Shown piece after piece: positions 24,701-36,700 of a stretch of DNA of 64,000 bases. Under the pieces are notes generated by a model. That model was given only the letters and a program-made list of their open reading frames with translations. It did not search any database and was not told the origin of the DNA. The DNA comes from Mobula hypostoma (lineage: Eukaryota). The position numbers and the translations under genes are program-made. The stretch is taken from contig NC_086097.1 of the NCBI RefSeq assembly GCF_963921235.1, positions 114,640,001 to 114,704,000 of the forward strand, written 5' to 3'. Position 1 is the first letter of the stretch. Each line of letters starts with the position of its first letter.

Positions 24701-27700
24701 GATGGTATTCTATATAGTAGCCGTTACACCTTTCTGACACTGGTTACGGTTAATGATAGCGTCTAAAATATTTGTAGGGGGTAACGCCGGGAAGGAAGAA
24801 ATTATGGTATTTAGGAAATTACTAACTTGCAAATATCTAAAGAAATGTATTCTTGGTAAATTGTATTTGTTAGATAACTGTTCAAAAGACAAAAGGGAGC
24901 CATCTGAAAATAAGTCCAAAAACTGTGATATACCAATAGTCTTCCAATTTGAAAGGCACGGTCCGCAGAAGAGGGGAACTGATGGACTTTTACCGCTGTA
25001 CCATTGAGAGCATACTCACCAACTGCATCTCAGTGTGGTATGGCAATTGTCCCGTATCGGACCGCAAAGCACTCCAGCGTGTGGTGAAAACTGCCCAGCG
25101 GATTATCGGCACCCAATTGCCCACCATTGAGAACATCTACCATAAATGCTGCCTGGGCAGGGTGAAAAGCATTATCAGGGATGCATCCCACCCTAACCAT
25201 GGACTTTTTACTCTCCTCCCATCCGGTAGGCGCTACAGGGGCCTCCGCTCCCGCACCAGCAGGCACAGGAAGAGCTTCTTCCCTGAGGCTGTGACTCTGC
25301 TGAACCTCTCATCACAGCACTAAGCGGTATTGCATCTGTATTGTACTGTCTCAGTACTTTTATACTTGTGTGCTGTAGCACTTTTTTAAATTTGCAGTTA
25401 TTTTGTAAATAACACTATTCTTTGCATTTCTGGTCAGATACTAAATGCATTTCATTGGCTTTGTATCTGTATTCGGCACAATGACAATAAAGTTGAATCT
25501 AATGTAATCTGATTGCAGAATATATCCAGAATGGCTTCTTGCAAATAATAGTCATAAATTTAGAGAAGGAATCCCAGCATGGCACTATCAGTGGAAGTAT
25601 TCACATCCCTTGGAATACAGAGTTTCTGAAAGGAAAAATACAGGTATGAGAATTAGTGTTTTGCAGTTTGATAATGATGTTAGCTTTTTGCTTGATTAGA
25701 ATTCCTATCCAGAGTCCTTATTGTCTTGGACAACTTGAGCTTTATCCAAGTGACACACACAAAAAAATGCTGGTGAACGCAGCAGGCCAGGCAGCATCTA
25801 TAGGAAGAGGTACAGTCGACGTTTCGGGCCGAGACCCTTCGTCAGGACTAACTGAAAGAAGAGATATGAGAGGGGGAGGGGGAGATCCAAAATGATAGGA
25901 GAAGACAGGAGGGGGAGGGATGGAGCTAAGAGCTGGAAAGTTGATTGGCAAAAGGGATACGAGACTGGAGAAGGGAGAGGATCATGGGACGGGAGGCCTA
26001 GGGAGAAAGAAAAAGGGAGGGGAGCCCAGAGGATGGGCAAGGAGTATAGTGAGATGGACAGGGGGAGAAAAAAAAGAAAAAAAAAATTAATAATAATAAA
26101 TAACTAACAAAGGGATGGGGTATGAAGGGGAGGTGGGGCATTAACGGAAGTTAGAGAAGTCAGTGTTCTTGCCATCAGGTTGGAGGCTGCCCAGATGGAA
26201 TATAAGGTGTTGTTCCTCCAACCTGAGTGTGGCTTCAACTTGACAGTAGAGGAGGCTGTGGATAGACACATCAGAATGGGAATGGGACGTGGAATTAAAA
26301 TGTGTGGCCTCTGGGGGATCCTGTTTTCTCAGGCGGACAGAGCGTAGGTGTTCAGCGAAACGGTCTCCCAGTCCACTTTGCCATTTCATCATGGCTGATC
26401 CAATTTTCCTCTCAGCCCCAATCTCCTGCCCGCTCCCTGTATCCCTTCATGTCCTGACTAATCAATAATCTATCAACCTCTGCCTTAAATATATATAAAG
26501 GCTTGGCCTCCACAGGTGCCTGCAGGAAAGAATTTCGCGGAGATTATTAGAGATACTGACTTAGTGATTTGTAGTTCGGTCTAATAGCTCTTATGATGCT
26601 TTTAAAATGTAACACAATGCAAAATTCAGTGCAGTAGTTTTGGGAGATTGTGGCAATACTCAAAAATTGGATGGAGAACATTTATTCCGTTCCCTGTCCC
26701 CTGCCTCACATTAGGGAAGGGTATTTTAAAACCTTGTACTGTTGGCTTAATGTCAGTGCTAGCTGTCTTACTGCAAATCTTTCTTGTAGTGGAGGCCATC
26801 ACTGCACTGTAAACACTAAAACACTTTTTATAATGCTGCTTACGTTATAAATACATGCTGGTATATATACATTTTATACCATATCCAAAATATAACTTCG
26901 ACATTTTTTTTAATATATATTTCTTTATAATTTTTGAATGTTGTTTTTTGTTGCATGCTGCACCCTGGCTAACACACCACAGCAAATTCATTAAGACACC
27001 ATACATATCCAAACAGGGAATGATTGCTACTTACTGAAGGTGAGTTTACAATGGGATTTTTCTCTTTTATTTTTGCAGTCTTTTCCTCCAATGACTCATG
27101 CAACCTCACTAGTGAAAAGATAAGTATTAGTAATAAGAGTGCAGCTTACAGTAGGTCAAAATCAAGGATCAACTTTATTCACAATATACGTATTAGTAAT
27201 GTGCTGTGGTCTGTTGGTCAGGGTACGATATGCAGTATAAAAAAAATCCAACAATTATAAAGAATTATATGAAAATAAGAGGCTAAAGTACAGATATGGA
27301 ATAAAAAGTTGATAAATACATAAATACCGGTATGAACTATGCTCACGTTTGTATTAAAATCGTATTAATGTAAAGTAATTGGTATCTGATGGCATGTAAT
27401 GAATGTGTTGACTTTATTTGAGGAACATGTTTAAAGCTACGGAAGTTCCATTAAAGTTCAAAGTAAATTTATTATCAAAGTACATGTAGGTCACCATATA
27501 CAACCCTGAGATTAATTTTCTTGTGGGCATACTGAATTAATCCATAATAGAATAAAAAGCATAATAGAATCATTGGAAGACCACACTAACCTGGGTGTTC
27601 AACAACTGCGAAAAAGACAACAAACTGTGCTAATACAAAAAGAAAGAAATAATAATAAATAAATAAGCAATAAATATTGAGAACATGAGATAAAGAGTAC

Positions 27701-30700
27701 TTGAAAGTGAGTCCACAGATTGTGGGCACATTTTAACGATGAAGTGAAGTTATCCCCTTTGGTTCAAGAGCCTGATGGCTGAGAAGTAGTAACTATTCCT
27801 GAACCTGGTGGTGTGAGTCCTGAGACTCCTGTACCTTCTTCCTGAATAATGTACTCATTATCTACCTAACGAGGATTTTCGTTACGCAGTGATGAGTATT
27901 TTGGCATTCCCAAGGTTTGGTTTTATGCAGGTGATACACCAATACATTGTTTGTGGTCCAATCACCTCCTTCACACCCGCTTTCTGTTGATGCTGCCACA
28001 TACTTAGAATTTTAACAGCTCCTCTCTTGGTTTTCTATCATTTGCCTTTAAGTCAAAGTCAAATTCAGAATCAGGTTTATTGTCCCTGGCATGTGATGTG
28101 AAATTTGTTAACTTAGCAGCAGTTCAATGCATAATCCAGCAGAGATTGAAAAATTAAATGAAAACATTAAAAACATCAATTACTTATATTGAATAGATTT
28201 AAAAATGTGCAAACACAGAAATACTATATATTTAAAAAAAGAGTGAGGTAGTGTCCAAATCTTCAAGTACCAAGTACCTATATGTCACCATATGCTACCT
28301 TGAGAATCATTTTCTTCCAGACATTTACAGGAAAATAAGGAAATGCAATAGGATTTTTGAAAAACTGTACATAAACAAGACTGAAAAAAACAGGTAATGT
28401 GCACAAGAAGATAAATTGTGCGAACGAAGAAATGAATAATGCAGAGAACGTCAGCCCTTGAAAATTAACATGTAGGTTGTGGAATCAGTTCAGAGTTGAG
28501 GTAAACAAAGCTATCCACACTGATTCAGAGGTCTGGTGGTTGAAGGATAATAACTTTTCCTGAACCTGGTGGTGTGGGATGCAAAGCTCCTGTACCTCCA
28601 TCTCAGTGGCATCTGTGAGAAGAGGGCATGGCCTGGATGATGGATGTTGCTTTCTTCTGGCATCGCTCCATGTAGATATGCTTAATGGTGGGAAGGGTTT
28701 GTCTGTGGGCTAGTATGCACCTACGACTTTCTATCCACCTTTCTATTCCTAAGGATTGGTGGCCATGATGCAACCATTCCAGGCCATGATGCAATCAGTT
28801 TGGATACTGTGCATCTGTTTGTTAAGGTTTTTGGTGACATTCTTTTATGCCGACACACACAAAGTGCTGGAGGAACTCAGCAGATCAGGCAGCTTCTATG
28901 AAAATGAACAAACGTTAGACATTTTGGACCGAGACCCTTCTTCAGGACTGGAAAGTAGTGGGAAGATACCAGAATAAAAAGGGAGGCCTGGAGAAGAAGG
29001 ACAAGCTGCAAGGTAATGGGTGAAGCTAGTTGGGTGGGAAAAGTAAAGGGCTGGAGAAGGAGGAATCTGATGGAGAGGAGAATGGACTATGGGTGAAAAG
29101 GAAGAAGGAGGAGGTGGTAGGCAGGTGAGGAGAAGAGGTAAGAGGCTAGAATGGGTAATAGAAGAGGGAAGGGGGAGGGAGAATATAACTACAGGAAGGA
29201 GAAATTGATGATCGTGTCATCAGGTTGGAGGCCACCTAGATGGATTATGAAATGTTGCTCTTCCACCTTGGAGAGTGGCCTCATCAAGACCAAAGAGGAA
29301 GCCGTGGACCAACATATTGGAATGGGGATGGGAATTAAACTGGTTGGCCACTGGCAAATTCCGCCTTTGGTACCAATGACATAAGTAGAAAGGGGGAAGC
29401 GGCCCTGAGCAGTGAGTAGAGGGAGTTAAGGAAGAGACGGGAGAGCATGACCTCCAAGGTAGTAATCTGTGAATTACTCCTAAGACCACATGCTGGTCAA
29501 GGCAGGAATAGAAAGATAGTCCATACAAATGAGTAGCTGAGGAAGTGACGCAGGGTACACACACAAAATGCTGGAGGAACTCAGCAGGCCAGGCAGCATC
29601 AATGGAAAAGTGTAAACAGTTAACATTACTGGCCAAGACCCTTCATCAGAACTAGGTGTGTTGCTTAGATTTCCAGCATCTGCAGATTTTCTTGTCTGAG
29701 TGGGGCAGGGTTTCAGTTTTCTGGATCATTGGGATCTCTTCTAAGGAAGGTATCTGTTTAAAAAGGACGGTTACACCTGAACCTGAGGCGGACCATTCTA
29801 CTTGTGGATAGGTTTGCTAGAGCTGTTGGGGAGGTTTAGACACATTTGCCAGGGAGATGGGAACCAGAGTGATGAGGCAATTGGTTTAAAAGTTAGTGCA
29901 CTGTGTAGTGGGATTGTGAGGACGGATGGGCAAATGGTAGGATGATAGGGCAAAATTTCAGTCAGTGGGATGAATTGAAATGTAACATGGAGGAAAAATT
30001 GCAAAGGGTAACGAATACAGGACTGAAGTATCATATGTGAATGTGTTCATTGTACAGAATGGGATTGGTGATCTTGTAGTGCAGTTAGAGATTGCCAGAT
30101 ATGATGCTGGGGGAATTACTGAATTGCAGCTGAAAGAAGGTCATAGTTGGGAGCTTAACATCCAAGAATGCACGTTGTATCAAAAGGTCAGACAGATAGG
30201 CAGTGGAGATGGGGTGGCATTGTTGGGGAACAAATGAAATCAAATCTTTAGAAAAGGTGATTATGGGATTGCAACATGTGGAATCCTTGTGGGTAGAGTT
30301 AAGAAACAAGGGTAAAAAGACACTGATGGGAGATATATACAGTTGAAGTCAGAAGTTTACATACACCTTAGCCAAATACATTTAAACTGTTTTTCACAAT
30401 TCCTGACATTTAGTCCCAGAAAACATTTCCTGTATTACATGAGGAATTCTGCAGATGCTGGAAATTCCAGCAACACACATCAAAGTTGCTGGTGAATGCA
30501 GCAGATCAGGCAGCATCTATTGGAAGAGGTACAGTCGACGTTTTGGGCCGAGACCCTTCGTCAGGACTAACTGAAAGAAGAGCTAGTAGGAGATTTGAAA
30601 GGGAGAGGGAGATTTCTGAAATGATAGGAGAAGACAGGAGGGGGAGTGGTGGAGCCAAGAGTTGGACAGTTGATTGGCAAAAGGGATATGAGAGAATCAT

Positions 30701-33700
30701 GGGACAGGAGACCCAGGGAGAAAGAAAAGGGGGAGGGGGGGGACCCAGAGGATGGATAAGGGGTATAGTGAGAGGGACAGAGGGAGAAAAAGGAGAGAGA
30801 GAGAGAGTATGTATGTATATGAATAACGAATAGGGTACGAGGGGGAGGTGGGGCATTAGCGGAAGTTAGAGAAGTCAATGTTCATGCCATCAGATTGAAG
30901 GCTACCCAGACGGAATATAAGGTGTTGTTCCTCCAACCTGAATGTGGCTTCATCTTTACAGTAGAGGAGGCCATGGATAGACATATCAAAATGGGAATAG
31001 GAGGTGGAATTAAAATGTGTGGCCACTGGGAGATCCTGCTTTCTCTGGCGGACAGAGGGTAGGTGTTCAGCAAAACAATCTCCCAGTCTGCGTCGGATCT
31101 CGCCAATATATAGAAGGCCACATCGGGAGCACCGGACGCAGTACATCACCCCAGCCGACTCACAGGTGAAGTGTCGCCTCACCTGGAAGGACTGTCTCGG
31201 ATCCTGAATGGTGGTATGGGAGGAAGTGTAAGGGCATGTGTAGCACTTGTTCTGCATACAAGGGTAAGTGCCAGGAGGGAGATCAGTGGGGAGGGATGGG
31301 GGGGGATGAATGGACAAGGGAGTCGCGTAGGGAGCGATCCCTGTGGAAAGTGGGGTGGGGGGGGAGGGAAAGATGTGCTTAGTGGTGGGATCCCACTGGA
31401 GGTGGCGGAAGTCACGGAGAATAATTTGTTGGACCCGGAGGCTGGTGGGGTGGTAGGTGAGGACCAGGGGAACCCTATTCCTAGTGGGGTGGCGGGAGGA
31501 TGGAGTGAGAGCAGATGTACGTGAAATGGGGGAGATGCGTTTGAGAGCAGAGTTGATAGTGGAGGAAGGGAAGCCCCTTTCTTTAAAAAAGGTGGACATC
31601 TCCCTCGTCCTAGAATGAAAAGCCTCATCCTGAGAGCAGATGCGGCGGAGACGGAGGAATTGCAAAAAGGGGATGGCATTTTTGCAGGTGACAGTGTGAG
31701 AAGATGAATAGTCCAGATGGCTGTGAGAGTCAGTAGGCTTATAGTAGACATCAGTAGATAAGCTGTCTCCAGAGGTAGAGACAGAAAGATCTAGAAAGGG
31801 GAGGGAGGTGTCGGAAATGGACCAGGTAAACTTGAGGGCAGGGTGAAAGTTGTAGGCAGAGTTAATGAAGTCAACGAGCTCAGTATGCGTGCAGGAAGCA
31901 GCACCAATGCAGTCGTTGATGTAGCAAAGGAAAAGTGGAGGACAGATACCAGAATAGGTTTGGAACATAGATTGTTCCACAAAGCCAACAAAAATGCAGG
32001 CATAGCTGGGACCCATATGGGTGCCCTTGGCTACACCTTTAGTTTGGAGGAAGTGGGAGGAGCCAAAGGAGAAATTATTAAGAGTAAGGACTAATTCTGC
32101 TAGATGGAGCAGAGTGGTGGTAGAGGGGAACTGGTTAGGTCTGGAATCCAAAAAGAAGCAGAGAGGTTTGAGACCTTCCTGATGGGGTATGGAAGTATAT
32201 AGGGATTGGACATCCATGGTGAAAATAAAGCAGTGGGGGCCAGGGAACTTAAAATCATCGAAAAGTTTAAGAGCGTGAGAAGTGTCACGAACATAGTAGG
32301 AAGGAATTGAACAAGGGGGGGTAAAACAGTGTCAAGGTATGCAGAAATGAGTTCGGTGGGGCAGGAGCAAGCTGAGACAATAGGTCTACCAGGACAGGCA
32401 GGTTTGTGGATCTTGGGTAAGAGGTAGAAACGGGAAGTGCGGGATGTGGGAACTGTAAGGTTGGTAGCAGTGGATGGGAGATCCCCTGAGCAGATAAAGT
32501 CAGTGATGGTGTGGGAGACAATCGCCTGGTGCTCCTTAGTGGAGTCATGATCGAGGGGTAAATAAGAGAAGGTATCCGCGAGTTGTCGCTGTGCCTCGGC
32601 AAGGTAGAGGTCGGTACACCAGACTACAACAGCACCCCCCTTATCGGTGGGTTTATAGTAAGGTTAGGATTAGTGCGGAGGGAGTGGAGAGCAGAGCGTT
32701 TGGAAGGTGTGAGGTTGGAATGGGAACAAGGTGCGGTGAAGTCGAGACATTTGATGTCCCGTCGGCTGTCCTTCCAGGTGAGGCGACACTTCACCTGTGA
32801 GTCGGCTGGGGTGATATACTGTGTCCGGTGCTCCCGGTGTGGCCTTCTATATATTGGTGAGACCCGACGCAGACTGGGAGATGGTTTTGCTGAACACCTA
32901 CGCTCTGTCCGCCAGAGAAAGCAGGATTTCCCAGTGGCCACACATTTTAATTCCACGTCCCATTCCCATTCTGATATGTCTATCCACGGCCTCCTCCACT
33001 GTAAAGATGAAGCCACACTCAGGTTGGAGGAATGACACCTTATATTCTGTCTGGGTAGCCTCCAACCTGATGGCATGAACATTGACTTCTCAAACTTCCG
33101 CTAATGCCCCACCTCACCCTCGTACCCCATCCGTTATTTATTTATATACACGCATTCTTTCTCTCTCTCTCTCAACTTTTTCTCCCTCTGTCCCTCTCAC
33201 TTGCCCATCCTCTGGGTTTTCCCCCCCTCCCCCTTTTCTTTCGTCCTGGGCCTCCTGTCCCATGATCCTCTCATATCCCTTTTGCCAATCAACTGTCCAG
33301 CTCTTGGCTCCATCCCTCCCCCTCCTGTCTTCTCCTATCATTTCAGATCTCCCCCTCCCTCTCTCACATACAAATCTCTTACTCTCTCTTTCAGTTAGTC
33401 CTGATGAAGAGTCCCGGCCTGAAACGTCAACTGTACCTCTTCCTAGAGATGCTGCCTGGCCTGCTGAGTTCACCAGCAACTTTGATTCCTTGTCTTAGGT
33501 CAGTTAGGATCACTACTTTATTTTAAGAATGTGAAATGTCAGAATAATAGTAGAGAGAATGATTTATTTCAGCTTTTATTTCTTTCATTACTTTCCCAGT
33601 GGGTCAGAAGTTTACATACACTTTGTTAGTATTTGGTCGCATTGCCTTTAAATTGTTTAGCTTGGGTCAAATGTTTTGGGTAGCCTTCCACAAGCTTCTC

Positions 33701-36700
33701 ACAGAAAGTTGCTGGAATTTTGTTCCATTCCTCCAGACAGAACTGGTGAAACTGAGTCAGGTTTGTAGGCCTCCTTGCTCACACACGCTTTTTCAGTTCT
33801 GCCCACAAATCTTTTGTCGGATTGAGGTCAGAAAATGATGTCAAGCCTGGTTCATCCTTGGGAGCAATTTCCACACACCTGAAGGTACCACGTTCATCTG
33901 TACAAACAATAACAGGCAAGTATAAACACCATGGGACCATGCAGCCGTCATACCGCTCAGGAAGGAGACGCATTCTGTCTCCTAGAGATGAACGTACTTT
34001 GGCGCAAAAAGTGCAAATCAATCCCAGAACAACAGCAAAGGACCTTGTGAAGATGCTGGAGGAAACAGGTAGACAAGTAGCTATATCCACAGTAAAACAA
34101 GTCCTATATTGACATAACTTGGAAGGCTGCTCAGCAAGGAAGAAGCCACTGCTCCAAAACCGCCATAAAAAAGCCAGACTACAGTTTGCAAGTGCACATG
34201 GGGACAAAGATCTTACTTTTTGGAGAAATGTCCTCTGGTCTGATGAAACAAAAATTGAACTGTTTGGCCATAATGACCATCATTATGTTTGGAGGAAAAA
34301 GGGTGAGGCTTGCAAGCCGAAGAACACCATCCCAACCGTGTAGCATGGGGTGGCAGCATCATGTTGTGGGGGTGCTTTGCTGTAGGAGGAATTGGTGCAC
34401 TTCACAAGATAGATGGCATCATGTGGATATATTGAAGCAGCATCTCAAGACATCAGCCAGGAAGTTAAAGCTTGGTTGCAAATGGGTCTTCCAAATGGAC
34501 AATGACCCCAAGCATACCTCCAAAGTTGTGGCAAAATTGCTTAAGGACAACATAGTCAAGGTATTGGAGTGGCCATCACAAAGCCCTGACCTCAATCCGA
34601 TAGAAAATTTGTGGGCAGAACTGAAAAAACGTGTGTGAGCAAGGAGGCTTACAAATCTGACTCAGTTTCACCAGTTCTGTCTGGAGGAATGGAACAAAAT
34701 TCCAGCAACTTACTGTGAGAAGCTTGTGGAAGGCTACCCAAAATGTTTGACCCAAGTTAAACAATTTAAAGGCAATGCTACCAAATACTAACAAAGTGTA
34801 TGTAAACTTCTGACCCACTGGAAAGTGATAAAGAAATAAAAGCTGAAATAAATCATTCTCTCTACTATTATTCTGACATTTCACATTCTTAAAATAAAGT
34901 AGTGATCCTAACTGACCTAAGACAGAGAATGTTTTCTAGGATTAAGTGACAGTAATTGTGAAAAACTGAGTTTAAATGTATTTGGCTAAGGTGTCTGTAA
35001 ACTTCTGACTTCAACTGTAGGTTCCTGAACAGTTGCCAGAATGTGGGATATAAATTTCACTGGGAAATTGAGAAAAGGGACATGTAACAACAGTTATGTG
35101 GGATTTCAATATGCAGGTAGATTGGCAAAATCTGGTTGGTGCTAGATCCCAAGAGATGGCATTTGTAGAATGCCTGGGAGATGACGTTTTAGAGCAGCTT
35201 GTGGTTGAGCCCACTTGGGAAAAGGCAATTCTGGATTGGGTGTTTTATAATGAACCAGATTTGATTAGGGAGTTCAAGGTAAAAGAGACTTTTAGGAGGC
35301 AGTGATCATTATATGATAGAATTCACCCTGAAGTTTGAGAGTGAGAGGATAATATTAGATGTATCATTATTGAAGTGGAGTAAAGGGAATTACAGAGGCA
35401 TGAGAGAGGAGCTGGCCAAAGTTTAATGGAAGGGGACACAAGCAGGGATGACAGCAGAACAGCAATAGATGGTGTTTCTGGGGGCAATTTGGAAGGGGTG
35501 GAATAGATGCATCCCGAAGATGAAATAGTATTCTTAAGGGAGGATGAGGCAACCATGGCCAACAAGGGAAGTCAAAGGCAGCATAAAAGCAAAAAGAGCA
35601 TATATTATAGAAAAGGTTAGTGAGAAGTTAGAGGATTGAAAAGCTTTTTAAAAACCAACAAAAAGCAACTACAAAAAACATAAGGGAAGAAAAGATGAAA
35701 TATGAAGATAAGCTAGTCAGTAATATCAAAGAGGCTACCTAAAGTTTTTTTTCCAGATATATAGAGTGCGAAAGATGGGGGAGAGTGGGTAATGGACCTC
35801 TGGAAAAATGATGCTCAAGAGGTAGTAATAAGTTACAAGGAAACGGTGGACAAACTTTTAAGTATTTTGCATCAGTTTTCACTGTTGACTACATTAGCAA
35901 TATGCCAGAAATTCGAGTGTTGGGGGAAGGAGTGCATTTGCTACTACAGGTTAAGTACCCTTTATCCAAAAATCCAAAATCTGTAAACTTCTGAAATCCG
36001 AAAATCTGACATGATGTTACAAATGGAAAATTCCACAAGGTGCTTGGAAGTTTCCCAGGTGATGCACAGGTCTCTGTGTACCACAGACCATTCTGAGAAG
36101 TGACCTTGTGTGTAATGAACAGAAGTTGATGAAAAGTGGAAAAACACTTCATAAAGCGAAAAATGAAGATGGTGATCATGTGTTGAAAGAGTGGATTTGT
36201 CAGTGTCAGAGTGAACGTATGCTGTTTAACTTTATGCTGATCATGAAACAAGCGAAGATCTATCATGACAAACTAAAAATTAAAGTTAATTGTGAATATT
36301 TAGCAGGCTGGATAATTGGGCAAAAATTTAAGAAAAGGAATGCATTAAATTTTTGAAGCATTTGCTTATTTATCACGAGGCAGCACAAAGATTCTGTTTG
36401 CTAAGATCAACGCAGATGAAAGCCAGACCAAGTCTACAGTGCTGATTGTTTTTATACCTTATATAAAACCTAAAAAATATACAGTGTACTGTATCTTTTT
36501 AATCAAAACATGGTATTATAGATGGAGAGTGAAAGCCTGCTGCTGTTTATTGTTGTTCAACAGCTGATTCAGGTTTTCTTCTGATGCTGCTGTGTTGTTT
36601 TTGTTACCCTGAAAACATGATATTTTCATAATATTAATGGTATGTAATAATTATTACTGTTAAGTACAGATGTGTGATGAACAAGTGTGCTCACCAGTAG

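Larger units (their letters stand above)
30438..33484 (-). mobile_element. long Penelope-like element with an inverted 3' duplication (32768-33484 on +)
   Basis: RT + GIY-YIG ORF and tail; about 720-bp inverted repeat of 30480-31195; degenerate TSD atttcctgtatt / attccttgtctt. Confidence 0.92.
30340..35017 (+). mobile_element. Sleeping Beauty-like (IR/DR) Tc1 transposon with a PLE inserted in its left arm
   Basis: TA|CAGTTGAAGTCAGAAGTTTACATACAC...GTAAACTTCTGACTTCAACTG|TA; inner DRs at about 33597-33622 and 34795-34822. Confidence 0.93.
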
